Assembly: GCF_001194135.2 (NCBI RefSeq)
Contig: NC_068988.1
Location: forward strand, 44,584,571-44,644,858
From: Octopus bimaculoides
Taxonomy: Eukaryota
DNA: 60,288 bases
Direction: 5' to 3'
Part shown: positions 39,731 through 52,929 of the stretch, piece by piece
How positions within the stretch are numbered: the stretch's first letter is position 1
Layout: every line of letters starts with the position of its first letter
Program-made: the position numbers and the translations under genes
The notes under the pieces: model-generated
What the model was told of the DNA's origin: nothing
Databases searched by the model: none
The model's input: the letters and a program-made list of their open reading frames with translations, nothing else

Positions 39731-41344
39731 GTTTGCTTTGTTAATATATAATTATCTGTATGTTTATACTTGGATATTTATTATCTGAAAATTTTCAGTC
39801 TTTGCTTTCTCTTTATTTCCATGCGTATGTGTATATATATTTTGTATATCTAACCCAATCAGTTTTATGTGTTTATTTGCATTATTATCTACATATATAA
39901 AAATACTTACACATACTCACATATACCCTCAACAAGCTTCTATACAGTTTCTGTCTACTAAATTCAGTCCCAAGGCATAGATCAACTCAAGATTCCACAC
40001 AATGAAATTGAATCCAAAGCTGCATGGTTGTAAAGTGAACTCTTGACCACACAGCAATATCTGTGGAGGTTGTAGGAAATAGCTACAAAGTTCAAAGTTA
40101 TGTGAAGAAAACTTTACATGTAGCAAATTCATATCTAGACTAGTGCAGTTTAAATACACTTTTACCCTTTCATTCCAACCACTCTATAGAAAGGGGCCTC
40201 TACAATACAAAAGCCCAAAGAAACAGCAACCAAATATCCTTCAGTTCATGCTACACCTACTATTTCTTTTTGAAGTGAGGCCCAATACCCTAATAGTCTA
40301 TAATGTAAAAAGAGTAGTGGTGATTTGACACACATTGAAAAAGTTAATTAGACTCTTTGCTATGCCAAATATGATGTAATTTAGTATATGTGTCTATCCA
40401 TATTTAGTCTTAACTATTTAACTCAAAACAACTGAAAAGGTAAAACTTAAGTATTGCTACACACTTATAGATTACAGTGGTATTTTTAAAATTTGAACAA
40501 CTGCTCATGAAATTTTCATCACAAGATTGGATGAAATGAATTACATAAATTGGAACATTTCAGACAAGCTGCTAAAACAAGCAATTTTAAGGTGGATGTC
40601 CTTTTACATCTAATCACTTAACTTTTTTTTTTTTTATTGCTTTACTTTCCTCTCAATTTCATCACTTTCTGGAAATTTCCAAGAGTTAATGTGTTCTTTT
40701 TGTTACTTTTGTTCTTCCCCTTCCAAAATATACACACCCATATACTTACACATACACACAAACACTCCCTTCTTTCTGTTTTTTCCAATCATACTTTATG
40801 TGTATGTATCTCATCTCTGCTAGTCTCTTTACTGAATTCTTTCAAACATTCTTTTTTAATAATTAAAAATTTCCAGGTGCTGAGTCTTATCACCAGAGAA
40901 TACATTCACAATATACCTACACTACCTTTCAGTAAATTCAGTATCTAATCATCAATGGGTGTTTTATTCCTGTATACATGGTTCTAAACTGGATTAAAAC
41001 TAGAAACCTTTATTACTGTAAAATGAAGAATAGCAATTTGTAATATCACTGCAGAGCTAGGAATTTAGGGCAGACAACCAGTCAATTAAACTGACCACAA
41101 TATTTGACTGGTACTTTCTTTACAGACCTGGAATGATGAAAAGCAGAATGACCTTGGCAGGATTTGAACTTAGTATATAAAGAGTCAGGACAAAAACCAC
41201 AAGGTATTTTTTCATATGCTCTAATAATATTGCCAATATATATGTTACCATTCTCATGATCAGGGGAGATATTCCAGGGAGAGCTGCTACTTCTCTGAAT
41301 CGAGAGATCACAGCTCTAATACTAAGGATATGTGGTAAGAATGT

Positions 41345-41550
41345 CTTAGGAAAGAATCACTGGACAGGTTTTACAGACAAAACCAACCAGCAGGAAACCC
41401 AGGGGTAGACCATGAGCAAGATAGTCAGGTAACACCCATGGACTTGGTTGGTCTCATTTGGGGATTCAGCCAAATCAATTGGAGATGGTTGCTTCTGACA
41501 GGACCCTGTGGAAGGCACGCTTGAGGACTCTGTGGACGAAGAAAATGAGA
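41345..41550 (+). mobile_element. RTE-clade LINE 3' fragment
   Basis: RKPRGRP*AR*...LGWSHLGIQPNQLEMVASDRTLWKARL followed by a gatga tail. Confidence 0.7.
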
Positions 41551-42046
41551 TGAGATGAATCTACAAATAATTCCTGGTTTCAATCCAACCTTGGACCATC
41601 AATACTTTCAGGATTTAGACACATTATGATTGGAGATCAAACATTGATTTTTAGATATTTATACTTTTTACTTGTTTTTGATGTCTTTGTGTATGTAATT
41701 TTCTTTGTATATTATTTCTTGCTTTTTAACCCTCCACCTTTTCACAGACACCTTATAATTTATCGTGTGTTTCTCTCTGTGCTTTATTCTTACCATTTCC
41801 CTATTTTCCAAATATTCATACATTTTGTTGCTGTTAATGTTTTCAGCCCTAGGCAAGCTCTGATCAAGTAAAATAGATGTCCAAAGAGGCTTACAAACAT
41901 GACCAATCCCAAATATTCCTTCAGACATAATCTATTTCAGACTACATTATGCAGTCCAATGTAGCATTCCATTTTTAAAATGACAGGGTATAAGTATAAA
42001 AGAAGATTTGGGTGATATTTCTAGCAGTTTGTGTGATTATTTAGAG

Positions 42047-42311
42047 CAATGGTTCTCATTCACAATTTGCCTGTGAAACCCTTTAATCCTTTTTCTACTC
42101 CAATGGACACTCATAACCATTCAATGTTCCCCGAAAAAAAAAGAGCCCCTTATATTTTTATAATTAAATATTATTAGGAATAGTATACAAAAAAATTCAA
42201 AACATTTTGTGTATTGTAGATGTATAATCAATTTATTGCACATAAACTTGAATGACAAAATTTATCATATGGCATGCCAAGGGCCATGTGGGCCCCAACT
42301 GAGAACCACTG
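42047..42311. mobile_element. hAT-type MITE with intact 8-bp TSD
   Basis: TIRs caatggttctca / tgagaaccactg. Identical ATTTAGAG at 42039-42046 and 42312-42319. Confidence 0.85.
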
Positions 42312-42869
42312 ATTTAGAGAGTGCCCAGCTGGGTCAGTATTGTTGATGGTGAAGTTGACGATGATAACGATAATGATGATGATGATGATGATGATGATAA
42401 TGATGATGATGGTGATTGTGTTGTTTACTTCTGAGTTAGCTTTCAGCAAATAAACCTGTGACCAAAAGTCTTAACCGAGCTATAACTAGGACAACTGTTC
42501 TGTTATTTAGATACAGTTTATTTAGGGTTACATTATGCAATGTGTCCTTCCTATTATTTAAGACATCAAGGTTGTTTTTTTTTCTGATGGAAAATTGGTT
42601 GCTATTTCTTGCAGAGTTAGTGACCACGTACAGGCTTTCTCATTGCTTCATAGCACTGACGTTAATAATCATCATAAAATTGACGATGATGATGATGACA
42701 GCAACAACGACGATGATGACAATGCTATTGGTGTTGATGATGATGATGATGATGGTGACGATGATGATTGCAGTAGTGATGAAGCTGCTTATTTTACCAT
42801 TGGATGGTGGTTGTGGTAGTAATGACTGCATTAATCGTAATGATTTCCATGGTGGACAATGCTATACTA

Positions 42870-43325
42870 TCGATTTCAAATTTTGGCACAAGGCCAGCAA
42901 TTTCAGGGGAAGTGATAAGTTGACTACTAATCAACCCTAGTGTTCAACTGGTACATATTTTATCGACCCCTGAAAGGAGGAAAGTCAAAGTCAACTTCAG
43001 CCGAATTTGAACTCAGAACCTTGAAGATGGACAAAATGCTGTTAAGCAAGAATTTTTTCCTGGCATGCTAATGACTGTGCTAGCTAGCTTCCTTCTATGA
43101 ATGTAACAGAGATTTCAAATTTTGGCACAAGGCCAGCAATTTCGGGGGAGGTGGGGTAAGTTGATTACATTAACTCCAGTATTCAATTGGTACTTATTTT
43201 ATCGACCCTGAAAGGATGAAAGGCAAAGTCGACCTTGGCAGAATTTGAACTCAGAACATGAAGATGGGTGAAATGCCACAAAGCAAGCATTTTGTCTGGC
43301 GTGCTAACGATTCTGCCAGATCGTC
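42870..43325 (-). mobile_element. Two tandem family B SINEs
   Basis: tttcaaattttggcacaaggccagcaattt occurs at ~42872 and ~43112, and gaatttgaactcagaac at ~43003 and ~43241. Confidence 0.8.
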
Positions 43326-43859
43326 ACCTTGATTAACGCTATAGTATTAGTTGTGCGTAGGTGGTAACAGTGTAGCTAATGGTGGTGGTAGTGGTGGTGG
43401 TTTGTGGTGGTGATGGAGGAGGAGGTAGTGGTGGTTGTGTGATCGTTGTTGTTGGTAGTGTTGGTGTTGTTGTTGTTGTTGTTGTTGTGGCTGTTGTTTT
43501 TGGTGGTGTCTTTGCTGGTGATGGTAACACTGGTTGTGATGGTGATGGTGATGGTGGTTAAATCACATGGTTGTTATTGCAGTAGTTGTCATTGCCACTC
43601 CTATAATTGCTGTCATTCTCGTTGGCATCCTCATCATCGTTGTTGTTCTTCTTGTTGTCGTTGTTGTTATCAATGCTACTGTTATTGTTTGCAATTTCAT
43701 TCAATAAAGGGATGAAAATTAAAGCAATAAATCCCGATTTTAATCAAAACCCCCCAGTTAATTTAACAGCCACCACTCACATGCTACCAACTCCAACAGG
43801 AGGGTGACAGCTGGAGCTAAACCATTAATAAATGTGAAGATTTGCAGCAACAACAAGAT

Positions 43860-44345
43860 TAGCTATGGCAAAATCAATAGTAACTACATATCAGTACCAA
43901 CACTGCCGAAACCACCACCACCATCACCACCACTACAACCACCACCACCACTACAACCACAACCATCACCACCACTACTACAACTACCACCATAACCATC
44001 ACCGTTGCTACTGCCACCATGCCACCCACCACCACCNNNNNNNNNNCTCCCACCAATCTTTTTGTTGTTTCCAGCACCATAACCACCACCACCACCACCA
44101 CCACTGCCGCCGCCGCCGCCGCCACCACCACCACCACCACAACCACAACCACCATCACCAACACCACTGCCAGCAGCAGCAGCACCATCAGCACTACCAC
44201 CACCACTGCTACTGTTACCCCCTACCTCCCACCAATCTTTTTGTTGTTTCCAGCACCATAACCACCACCACCACCACCACCGCTGCCACCATCGCTGCCA
44301 CCATCGCCACCACCACTAGCTACAGCAGCAACAGTAACAATAACA
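43860..44345. repeat. (CAC/CCA)n trinucleotide low-complexity tract
   Basis: Direct inspection. Similar triplet tracts at 19370-20075, 28040-28185, 43375-43560, 57030-57550 and 58720-58940. Confidence 0.9.
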
Positions 44346-45011
44346 TAGAATGAGGCATGCAAAAACTCACTGTCAAAGTCCTTCCTATTGGTTGTGCTCG
44401 TATCTAATCATTTAGACTCAAAGTTTCCTGTCCCTTGTCATATTTGGCTGTAGTGACAACATCCTTTCAGTTTCTCATCCAATCAACTCCGACATCCCCT
44501 AAATATCTCAAAATCTCAATGATAGCGTTTCTTCTCTCCTTAAAAACATGTCAATCACTGCACACCAGATGCAAACCAGTTCTGATCCTTATAGATTAAC
44601 TGCAGTTGTTTTGAACTGCTCAGAGCCGGAAGCTGAAAGAAACAGTAACAGTTGTAGATATTTATGTGTTTATATATGCGTTTGTATGTGTGTGTGTTTA
44701 TGTATGTATTTATGTATGTGTTTGCTTGTGTGTGTGTGTATGTGTGCATTTGTGTGTGTGTGTGTGTGTGTGTGTGTTGTGCATATTGAGATTGGATCTT
44801 TTATCTTTTATTTGTTTCAGTTATCAGACTGTGGCCATACTGGGGCAGCATCTTCAAGGAAATTCAGTTGAATGAATTGAACTCAATACTTAATTTTTAA
44901 GCCTGGTATTTATTCTGTCAGTTTCTCTTTTGCCAAATCATTAAGTCACAGGAGTATAAACACACTAGCACTGATTGTCAAATGAAGGTGGGGGTACAAA
45001 CATGGACACAA

Positions 45012-45085
<74 letters not shown>

Positions 45086-45092
45086 TTATATA

Positions 45093-45915
45093 CAGGGTAC
45101 ATAAGGTATTTGAGGACACACCTTTTTGGGACCATTGCTGTATATTTTGCTAACTCTGTATAATCCTTGTTTCAGAAAATAATAATAGCAGACCCTCAGC
45201 TTACTCAGAAAATGAAGAGGCATGCTGTTATTTTGGTTATAAAGGCTGAGCATAGTGATTTAGAAATATCTCGATTCTTAAAAGTTGCCAGATCTTTTGT
45301 CTACAAAGTTTGTAAGGAGCTAGAGACTGAAGATGGAATCGTATCACCAGTATCATTGCATAAAAAGCATTCTAAACACTCTGAAATCATCAGAACACCT
45401 GAATTTATCCAGCAAGTTCAACAGACCATTGATTACAATCTCAGAAAGTCCATGAGCTCAATTACAAAAGATCTCCATGTGTCAGAAGGAACAGTCAGAA
45501 ATGTTGTCTACGGAAACATGAGATATAAATCTTATATGATGAGGAAAGGTCAATTTGTCCGCAAAAGCAAAAGCAAATCATTACATCAGATCTAAAAGGC
45601 TCTTAAACAAACTGGAAAATCTAGCAGAAAAATATTTGATTTGGTTTTTCTCAAACGAGAAACACTTCAACCAAGATCAAAAAATTAACAGAAGAAATGA
45701 CAGATGGTTATATGCAGACCCTACTAACGTTCCAAGTGTTATGCATAAAAAAATTTCCTGCAACTGTCATGGTTTTAGGGGTTGTCAGCAATGAAGAACA
45801 TGTGAAGCCTCATTACTTCTTTCCACAAGGCCCTAGAGCTAACTCTACTGCCTACATTGAGGTCTTGGAAATAATTGTTAAGCCCTGGATAGACAGTGTA
45901 TGCAATGGAAGGCCA
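45093..45915 (+). mobile_element. Tc1/mariner DD37D (maT/Bmmar1-like) 5' part, frameshifted
   Basis: TA followed by cagggtac. HTH-like N-terminus MKRHAVILVIKAEHSDLEISRFLKVARSFVYKV, then WFFSNEKHFNQDQKINRRNDRW and KFPATVMVLGVVS...YIEVLEIIVKPW. Ends before the second Asp, so the family call rests on motif style only. Confidence 0.8.
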
Positions 45916-46099
45916 ATCCTAAGCATTATACTAATACATCTGTTTGTTGTCTACATCACCTGTCTTCGTCTTTTGTTGTTTTTTTTGTGAATTCTCCCTA
46001 TATATATATATATATGTAAATCCGAAAGAAGAAGCAGACTCCAAGATGTAGAGCAGTATATATTTAAAATGGTGAAGATCGGTTTATGGGATTACCTTA

Positions 46100-46511
46100 G
46101 GTTTCTTGTTCATAAAGGGTTTAGCTTTATGGCATATCATCAGATCCCCAAAACATGTTGGCCTGGAATGTTCATCAATATCGACATTTTTTGGGCCATC
46201 TTGGAAACGTCTGAACCACTTGTACACTTGTGTGTAGCTCATGCACTCTTCTCCATACACTTGCTGCAACTTTGCGCAGGCCCCTGAGCAGATATCGCCA
46301 TGATAACTTTCTCTGTCATGGTCAATGTGACAATCACACACTACACATCTTCCTTCCAAGCACTGTTGTAAACAGCAGAAGTGAGTTAAAATATTAAAAC
46401 TTGGTGCACATGCACACAGAGTTCAAGGTCAATCTTTGCTAGCAGCTTTACTCTGCGTACTTTAGCCTTGTTACTATGGCAACAGTCTGGATACTTATTG
46501 ATCAGACCTCG
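46100..46511 (-). mobile_element. Mariner 5' fragment
   Basis: TA plus TIR cgaggtctgatcaataagtatcc at 46513-46490. Translation KLQQVYGEECMSYTQVYKWFRRFQDG..VDIDEHSRP is a mariner HTH. Confidence 0.85.
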
Positions 46512-47330
46512 TAGTTTATTACTTCGTTGTGTACCAAATAGCAAATGACAGCTTTGTATTTTATCTTTACTGCATGTCAAAAGGTTACTTGTCTCCTATC
46601 ATCTTCCTGGTCCTAGTTTGTTAATGTGATGAGGAGTTCCTTGTTTTGGTTCCATGTCTTGATCCATCCTTCTCTCAATGAGTCTGGATAGTTTAAGAAT
46701 TTACAAAGGTGACATGATTGCACACCATTTCTTTCCCAGTAGCGTCACTAGATAAAAATGGTAGATTGTAGGTTAGAAAATAATGAGAGCAAGAGAAGAG
46801 TGTTTAATAAATAGACTTATATCAACACAATCAGGATAGTAAACAACCAAAACACTACATCAATGAGATTGACCTGCCTATTTAATCAGCAGGATGGCAT
46901 CATTTGTAACTGTGACCAGTAATATGTACCCACATCCAGTAGTCTGGTTGATACAGTGATGCGGTGATATTAATGAGATAAAAATAGATAGAAATTAAGT
47001 TGATCAATTGTTGCATTGTTGAAAGGAGAATGGTTTCTGCTATATAAGTGAACCTAATTCCTACTCAATTCATAACAAAATGCTGGCTAAGTTAAATCTT
47101 AAGTTATTAATAGGAATGTTTAAAATAGGATATGCTATAATAATATGCAAACTAGTTATATAACAGAATGAAATTGATAAAGTTGCTTGGTTAACTAATG
47201 TAATGCCTTGGTGACCGTTCATAAATATTCAGGTGATTGAAACCTTTAGCATTTAAAACCAGCCATACGTGGCCCAAATATTCTACCTATTTTTCTGATC
47301 AAACTGGCTAGATCTGGCCTCTTACATCTA

Positions 47331-47558
47331 GGCGTGGCTGTGTAGTAAGAAGCTTGCTTCCCAACCATATGGTTCCAGGTTCCGTCCCACTCCATGGCAC
47401 CTTAGGCATGTGTCTTCTACTATAGCCTCAAGCCAACCAAAGCCTTGTGAGTGGATTTNNNNNNNNNNNNNNNNNNNNNNNNNNNNNNNNNNNNNNNNNN
47501 NNNNNNNNNNNNNNNNNNNNNNNNNNNNNNNNNNNNNNNNNNNNNNNNNNNNNNNNNN

Positions 47559-47592
<34 letters not shown>

Positions 47593-47835
47593 ATATTTAT
47601 GTGTGTGTTTGTTTATATGTCTGTACTTGTCCCACCGCCATCACTTGATAACTGATGCTGGTATGTTTATGTCTCCTGTGACTTATATGTTTTGGCAGAA
47701 GAGAATGATAGAATAAGTTCCAGGCTTACAAAGAATAAGTCCTGGGGTTGATTTCTTTTATTGAAAAACTATTTAAGATGGTGCTCCAGCATAGCCACTG
47801 TCTAAAGACTGAAACAAGTAAAAGAATAAAAGAAT
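47331..47835 (+). mobile_element. SINE family A, with a gap in its internal microsatellite
   Basis: ggcgtggctgtgtagtaagaagcttgc head and taaaagaataaaagaa tail. Confidence 0.8.
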
Positions 47836-47950
47836 AATCACATCATCAAAACCTCAAAGCTATCAGAAAATGCATGACTAATTCAAAACAATCTGAATAA
47901 TTAAGAATTATTGCTATACTTAGAGATGGTCATATTTTGCCAATTAAACA

Positions 47951-47982
<32 letters not shown>

Positions 47983-48500
47983 CCATCATCATTTAATGTC
48001 TGTTGTCCATGCTAGCATGGATTGAATGGTTTGACCAGGGCTGGCATGCTGGAAGTCTGCACCAGACTCCAGTCTGATTTGGCATGGTTTCTACAGCTGG
48101 ATACCCTTCCTAATGCCAGCCACTCTGAGAGTGTAATGGGTGCTTTTACGTGCCACTGACACAAGTGCCATTTGCATGGCACCAGTGTCTGCCATGACTA
48201 CGATTTTACTTGCCTTGATGGGTCTTCTTCTCAAGCATGGCATAATGCCAAAGGTCTCAGTCATTCATCATTGCCTCCGTGAGACCCAACACTTGAAAGG
48301 TACTTTTCACATGCTACCCACATTGGCCACCTTGCCTCTGTGAGGTGCCATCTTGCCACCTTGCTCGAAAGGTGCTTTTTATGTGCCACCAGCATGGATG
48401 CCAGTCATGTGACACACGCATTATATATTTGATCTTCACTTCATGTTTATTATTATTGTTTTCGTTTCTTTGTCAAAGCTCTTTCATCACATTCTGTGCC

Positions 48501-48650
48501 CACTAGCATAGTTGGGTGGGTGGCTGTTAGGGGCGGCACTTTTCATCCTGTTGTAGGCTATCACTCTAGGCAATATGTACTTTTCGTGGGGGCCAGGGGT
48601 GGCAAATGGAAGAGTTGCCCCAGTCGGCACACACTCTAGCTACGCTAATG
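48501..48650. mobile_element. Small TIR element (hAT-like)
   Basis: cactagcatagttgg versus ctagctacgctaatg. Flanks tctgtgcc / cctgtgac match 6 of 8, a possible decayed TSD. Confidence 0.4.
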
Positions 48651-50577
48651 CCTGTGACCGCATCAGTGACTCTACCCTACGTGTCCCATCTTTAAGCATT
48701 ACATTTCCAGAATAACCTGAATGCTAAAGAGTTAAAGGTTGAAATGTTGGATTGATTTAAATCTATGAAACTGATGAAAAGAAAACCTTATCAAAAATGA
48801 GCAACAGATGGATACAGCTCTTTAGAAGCTGAAGACTTCTAAACACTTTTGAAATATTAACATATTACCTAAATTTTCTTAACACAAATATTTTCTTCAG
48901 TGCAACATTCTCATACACTTATGCTTCAACAGGTTTTCTTCAAATTTAAACAGAATCACTATAATACAATCACACATAAATTTCGATTCTTATCTATTTT
49001 ATATTTATTCAGTATTTTATTTGTTAGTATTAATATTTAATGTTTTCCATTTTACTTTGAAACCTTCTGTTAATTGAAAATTTTCATGCAATGTAGTTTA
49101 ACGGTTTCTCTATGGAATTTAAAGCAGTTTTAATGTCTTGTATTAAGTTGAGGCTGTTGCATCGGTTGTGAGCAAATAGATAATATGTCCTGGTTTATTT
49201 CATTACCTTGTGAAAAAGAAAGATGGAAAGAGAGAGAGAGAGGGAGAGAGAGAGGGAGAAAGAGAGAGAGAGAGAGAGAGTGAAGGAGAGAGAGNNNNNN
49301 NNNNNNNNNNNNNNNNNNNNNNNNNNNNNNNNNNNNNNNNNNNNNNNNNNNNNNNNNNNNNNNNNNNNNNNNNNNNNNNNNNNNNNNNNNNNNNNNNNNN
49401 NNNNNNNNNNNNNNNNNNNNNNNNNNNNNNNNNNNNNNNNNNNNNNNNNNNNNNNNNNNNNNNNNNNNNNNNNNNNNNNNNNNNNNNNNNNNNNNNNNNN
49501 NNNNNNNNNNNNNNNNNNNNNNNNNNNNNNNNNNNNNNNNNNNNNNNNNNNNNNNNNNNNNNNNNNNNNNNNNNNNNNNNNNNNNNNNNNNNNNNNNNNN
49601 NNNNNNNNNNNNNNNNNNNNNNNNNNNNNNNNNNNNNNNNCTATATACATGTAATACACGCACATATAGTGCATATATCTCTGACATGTATTCGTGTATA
49701 TGTGTATATGTGCATAAGCAAGTGTATATCCATATGTATAATTATGTATGTGTATATAAGTGTAGGATATGAAGAACGGAGTGTATATATAGATTGGATA
49801 GATCTTGCAAGGTTTTTATACATTGATTCATAATGTTACATTGTCTGAAGCATGTAAAGTTATATGCCTGGTTAGGAAATGTGTCTTTCAGTTACATATA
49901 AGAACAAATGTATAATGACGTGTGGATGCCCATATAACCAGAGAGAGAGAGACACACACACACACACATACACACACACATACACACACACACACATACA
50001 CACACAACACACACAGCATGGGTGTATTCTGTAGCAAATTTTGCTACAAATTCCTTACATATTGCATACTTTTTGGTGAATGTTGATGACACTACAAGAA
50101 AAGTCTTCCTGAAAAAGCATGAGTTCTACCTTTACATGAGATGTGAGTTCTTCCATCGGGTGAAGTGAGAATTTTCCTATTGTATGAAGCCATAGCTTTA
50201 CTTCATTTTAACTTTCTCAGAGTATTTTCTTGGGAATGACATTGGTATGGTTTGCCATTGCCTTTCCTAACTAGGCGGATGTTGGCCCACAAGGAGCTCA
50301 TCCGTACTTCAATAGGTCTTGTTTTTAGTCCTTCTGGATAGTCAGACACTCTCTTCACAAGAGTGGCAAGCTACTCATTTAGTCACTAACCACTCGACCA
50401 TGAAACAGGTAGTACTAGTTTATATGGTACCAGTGGCAGGTCTTATCGGTCTGTGATGCAGTCCCTAATCTCACAGACTCTTATAAATTACAGGTGGAAA
50501 AGAAAAAAAATTACTTGTAAAAAGAATTAGGGTTAGTGATCAAGAAGGGAACCTAGACATTATTAAATGATGAATCA

Positions 50578-50796
50578 AGGCAGCGAGCTGGCAGAATTGT
50601 TAGCACACTGGTTGAAATGCTTAGCAGTATTTGCCTCTCACTATGTTCTGAGTTCAAATTCTGCCGAAGTCGACTTTGCCTTTCATCCTTTCGGGGTCAT
50701 TAAATTAAGCACCAGTGAAATACTAAGGTCGATGTAATTGACTATTCCCCACCCTGAAAATTTCAGACCTTGTGTCTATAGTACAAAAGGATTATT
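50578..50796 (+). mobile_element. SINE family B (~220 bp, B-box-like gagttcaaatt)
   Basis: ggcagcgagctggcagaattgttagc...gttctgagttcaaattctgccgaagtcgactttgcctttcatcc. Other copies at about 20520, 29375-29680, 30110, 35870, 37360, 41050 (-), 54120, 56310 and 56560. Confidence 0.8.
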
Positions 50797-51097
50797 AAAT
50801 GATGCCTCAATATGTAAGCTAACCATAACTCTGTAGGGCACTGCCCAAGGACTGTAGACAAACTGTAGACAGGAACTTCACTGCGGGTGAGCTGGTGAAC
50901 TGGTTGGCAGAAAAAGGGACTTTTATCTAGGTGGGAAAGGAGACTGAGTCATTGGAGGGTCAATCATATTTTCCCTCACAGTGTGTAGCTGAATCAAGCA
51001 AAAATAAATAATACACCGACACCCTCTTGTTACTGGTTGTTTTTCGGTATAGCTTAACAAAGCTATACTACTATCTTCAAGCAAACATAAAACCATG

Positions 51098-51204
<107 letters not shown>

Positions 51205-51337
51205 AATTTAAATAGAATTTAATATAACTACCTTAAGGGATAGAAAATATCCAATAAATTACTGGTTTGTTGCCCATTATTTTGTCGTGAATAGTAATAT
51301 TCCTGAAATAATAGGTTTAAGTATAAATCTTGGTTTA

Positions 51338-51650
51338 AAAATATTAAAATTAAAATCCAGAAAATGGAGAAGTGGCTTTAATGTAATTTATTAACTGCAA
51401 AACTTCAACATGTTCGCTTACAGCTGTTTCAATTTTGCCCAAAAGAATACAATTCCAGTAATTAAAACATTTTATTGGGCAAAATTTCGTCAGAGGAGTA
51501 AAAAAGACATATCATTAGATTATTACATGTTATTCTTCCAAAGCGATTCCACAGACTGAATCTCATTTAATTAACAGCTGTAAGTGAACATATTGAATTT
51601 TTGCAGTTAATAAATTATATTAACACAACTGGATTTTAATTTGAATATTT
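51338..51650. mobile_element. MITE-like inverted repeat with a nested inner hairpin
   Basis: Arms ~51338-51428 and ~51573-51650 are complementary apart from one indel. An inner IR aattttgcccaa / ttgggcaaaatt lies near 51433-51484. Confidence 0.7.
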
Positions 51651-51784
51651 ATATATATGGATATGTTTGTAAATATGCAGGAGTGTTAATATATATGTAT
51701 ATTTATATATATAAATGTCTAAATATATAGGTATTATGTTACATGTATGTATGTAAGCACCTATGTGTATATGAGTATGAGGTT

Positions 51785-51839
<55 letters not shown>

Positions 51840-52308
51840 CGTGTGCATGTGTGTGGATGTGTGTATGTTTGAGTGCATACACACATATACGTTTGTGTGT
51901 GTGTGTATGTGCATGTACATATACATGTTTGTGTGAGTGTGTACATATGTAGATGTTGTGAATGCATGAGGTTTATGCCTATGCCTTGTGAGAATATGGC
52001 TGCGTGCATTTTTTATCTTTTATCTTTTTTCTTTTTCTACCTATTAGAATAACTTCCCTTTTATTCAACTGTTGTTACATTTAATTATCATTAAAATTAT
52101 CTATCTATCTATATATATATGTACTTGTGTATAAGTGTATATACATAGGTGCAGGTAGAGCTAATGTGGTTAAGAAGTTTGCTTCCCAAATATGTGGCTT
52201 TGGGTTCAGTTCCACAGTATGTCACCTTGAGCATATGTTATTTTCTGTTGCTCTAGACTGACTAAATAGCTTTGCAAGTGGACTTGGTAAATGGAAATTG
52301 AAAGAAGT

Positions 52309-52354
<46 letters not shown>

Positions 52355-52357
<3 letters not shown>

Positions 52358-52604
52358 TCGTGGCTAAAAGCTTGGAACATTTTTTAAAGATAAAATATTG
52401 TTATGCCGAAGTATAATTCAATTCAAATATATATAATGTAGAGATATACTAACCTAATAACTGACCCAATGCTTCAATTAGAAGATACTGAAGCATTGGA
52501 TCAGTTATTATTATCTCTACATTGTATATATTTGAATTGAATTGTACTTGGGCATAACAATTTTAATTTAAAAATAAAGTGTTCCAAACTTATGGCCACG
52601 TCTG
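52355..52604. mobile_element. Tc1-like fold-back MITE, almost fully palindromic
   Basis: Arms 52355-52476 and 52489-52604 are reverse complements with few mismatches and one indel, around a 12-nt spacer. The terminus cagtcgtggc..aaag.ttgg is Tc1-like and follows a (TA)n run. Confidence 0.85.
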
Positions 52605-52929
52605 TGTGTGTGTGTATATACATATATGTATATATATATATATATATTCTCCCTCTCTCATATTTCCTGGCCTTCTCTTCATGCTCTTTCACGTCACTCT
52701 GGAGAGGGAAGAGGAAGAAGAAGGAAGAGGAAGAAGAGAGGGAAGAGGAAGAACAAGCGAAGGGAGAAGAGAGGAAGAAGTGGAAGAGGTGGAGGAGGAA
52801 GGAGAAGAAGAACAAGAGAAGGGAGAAAATGAAGAAGAAAAAGAGGAGGAAGAAGTAGAAGAGATGGAAGAGGAAGGAAAGAGGAAGCGAAGGAAGAAAG
52901 AAGAAGAGGATATGTGAAGAAACCAAATA

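Larger units (their letters stand above)
47239..48735. mobile_element. TTAA-type (piggyBac-like) MITE split by nested insertions
   Basis: Left end aacctttagcatt (47241), right end aatgctaaagagttaa (48720-48735), probable middle piece 47836-47905. Interrupted by a family A SINE, a family C SINE and a small TIR element. Confidence 0.5.

Noticed and set aside
40190-40931. Two plus-strand exon-like blocks (40190-40274, 40877-40931)
   Set aside because: Splice-like signals are present but several frames are open, the peptides are unrecognisable and they do not chain convincingly with other candidates.
44048-44281. ~55-bp repeat ctcccaccaatctttttgttgtttccagcaccataacc
   Set aside because: Lies within a (CAC)n tract right after a gap; slippage or mis-assembly, with no further structure.
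52690-52917. Glu/Lys-rich ORFs
   Set aside because: Nearly pure purine (GAA/GGA) low-complexity tract that is open in several frames on both strands.
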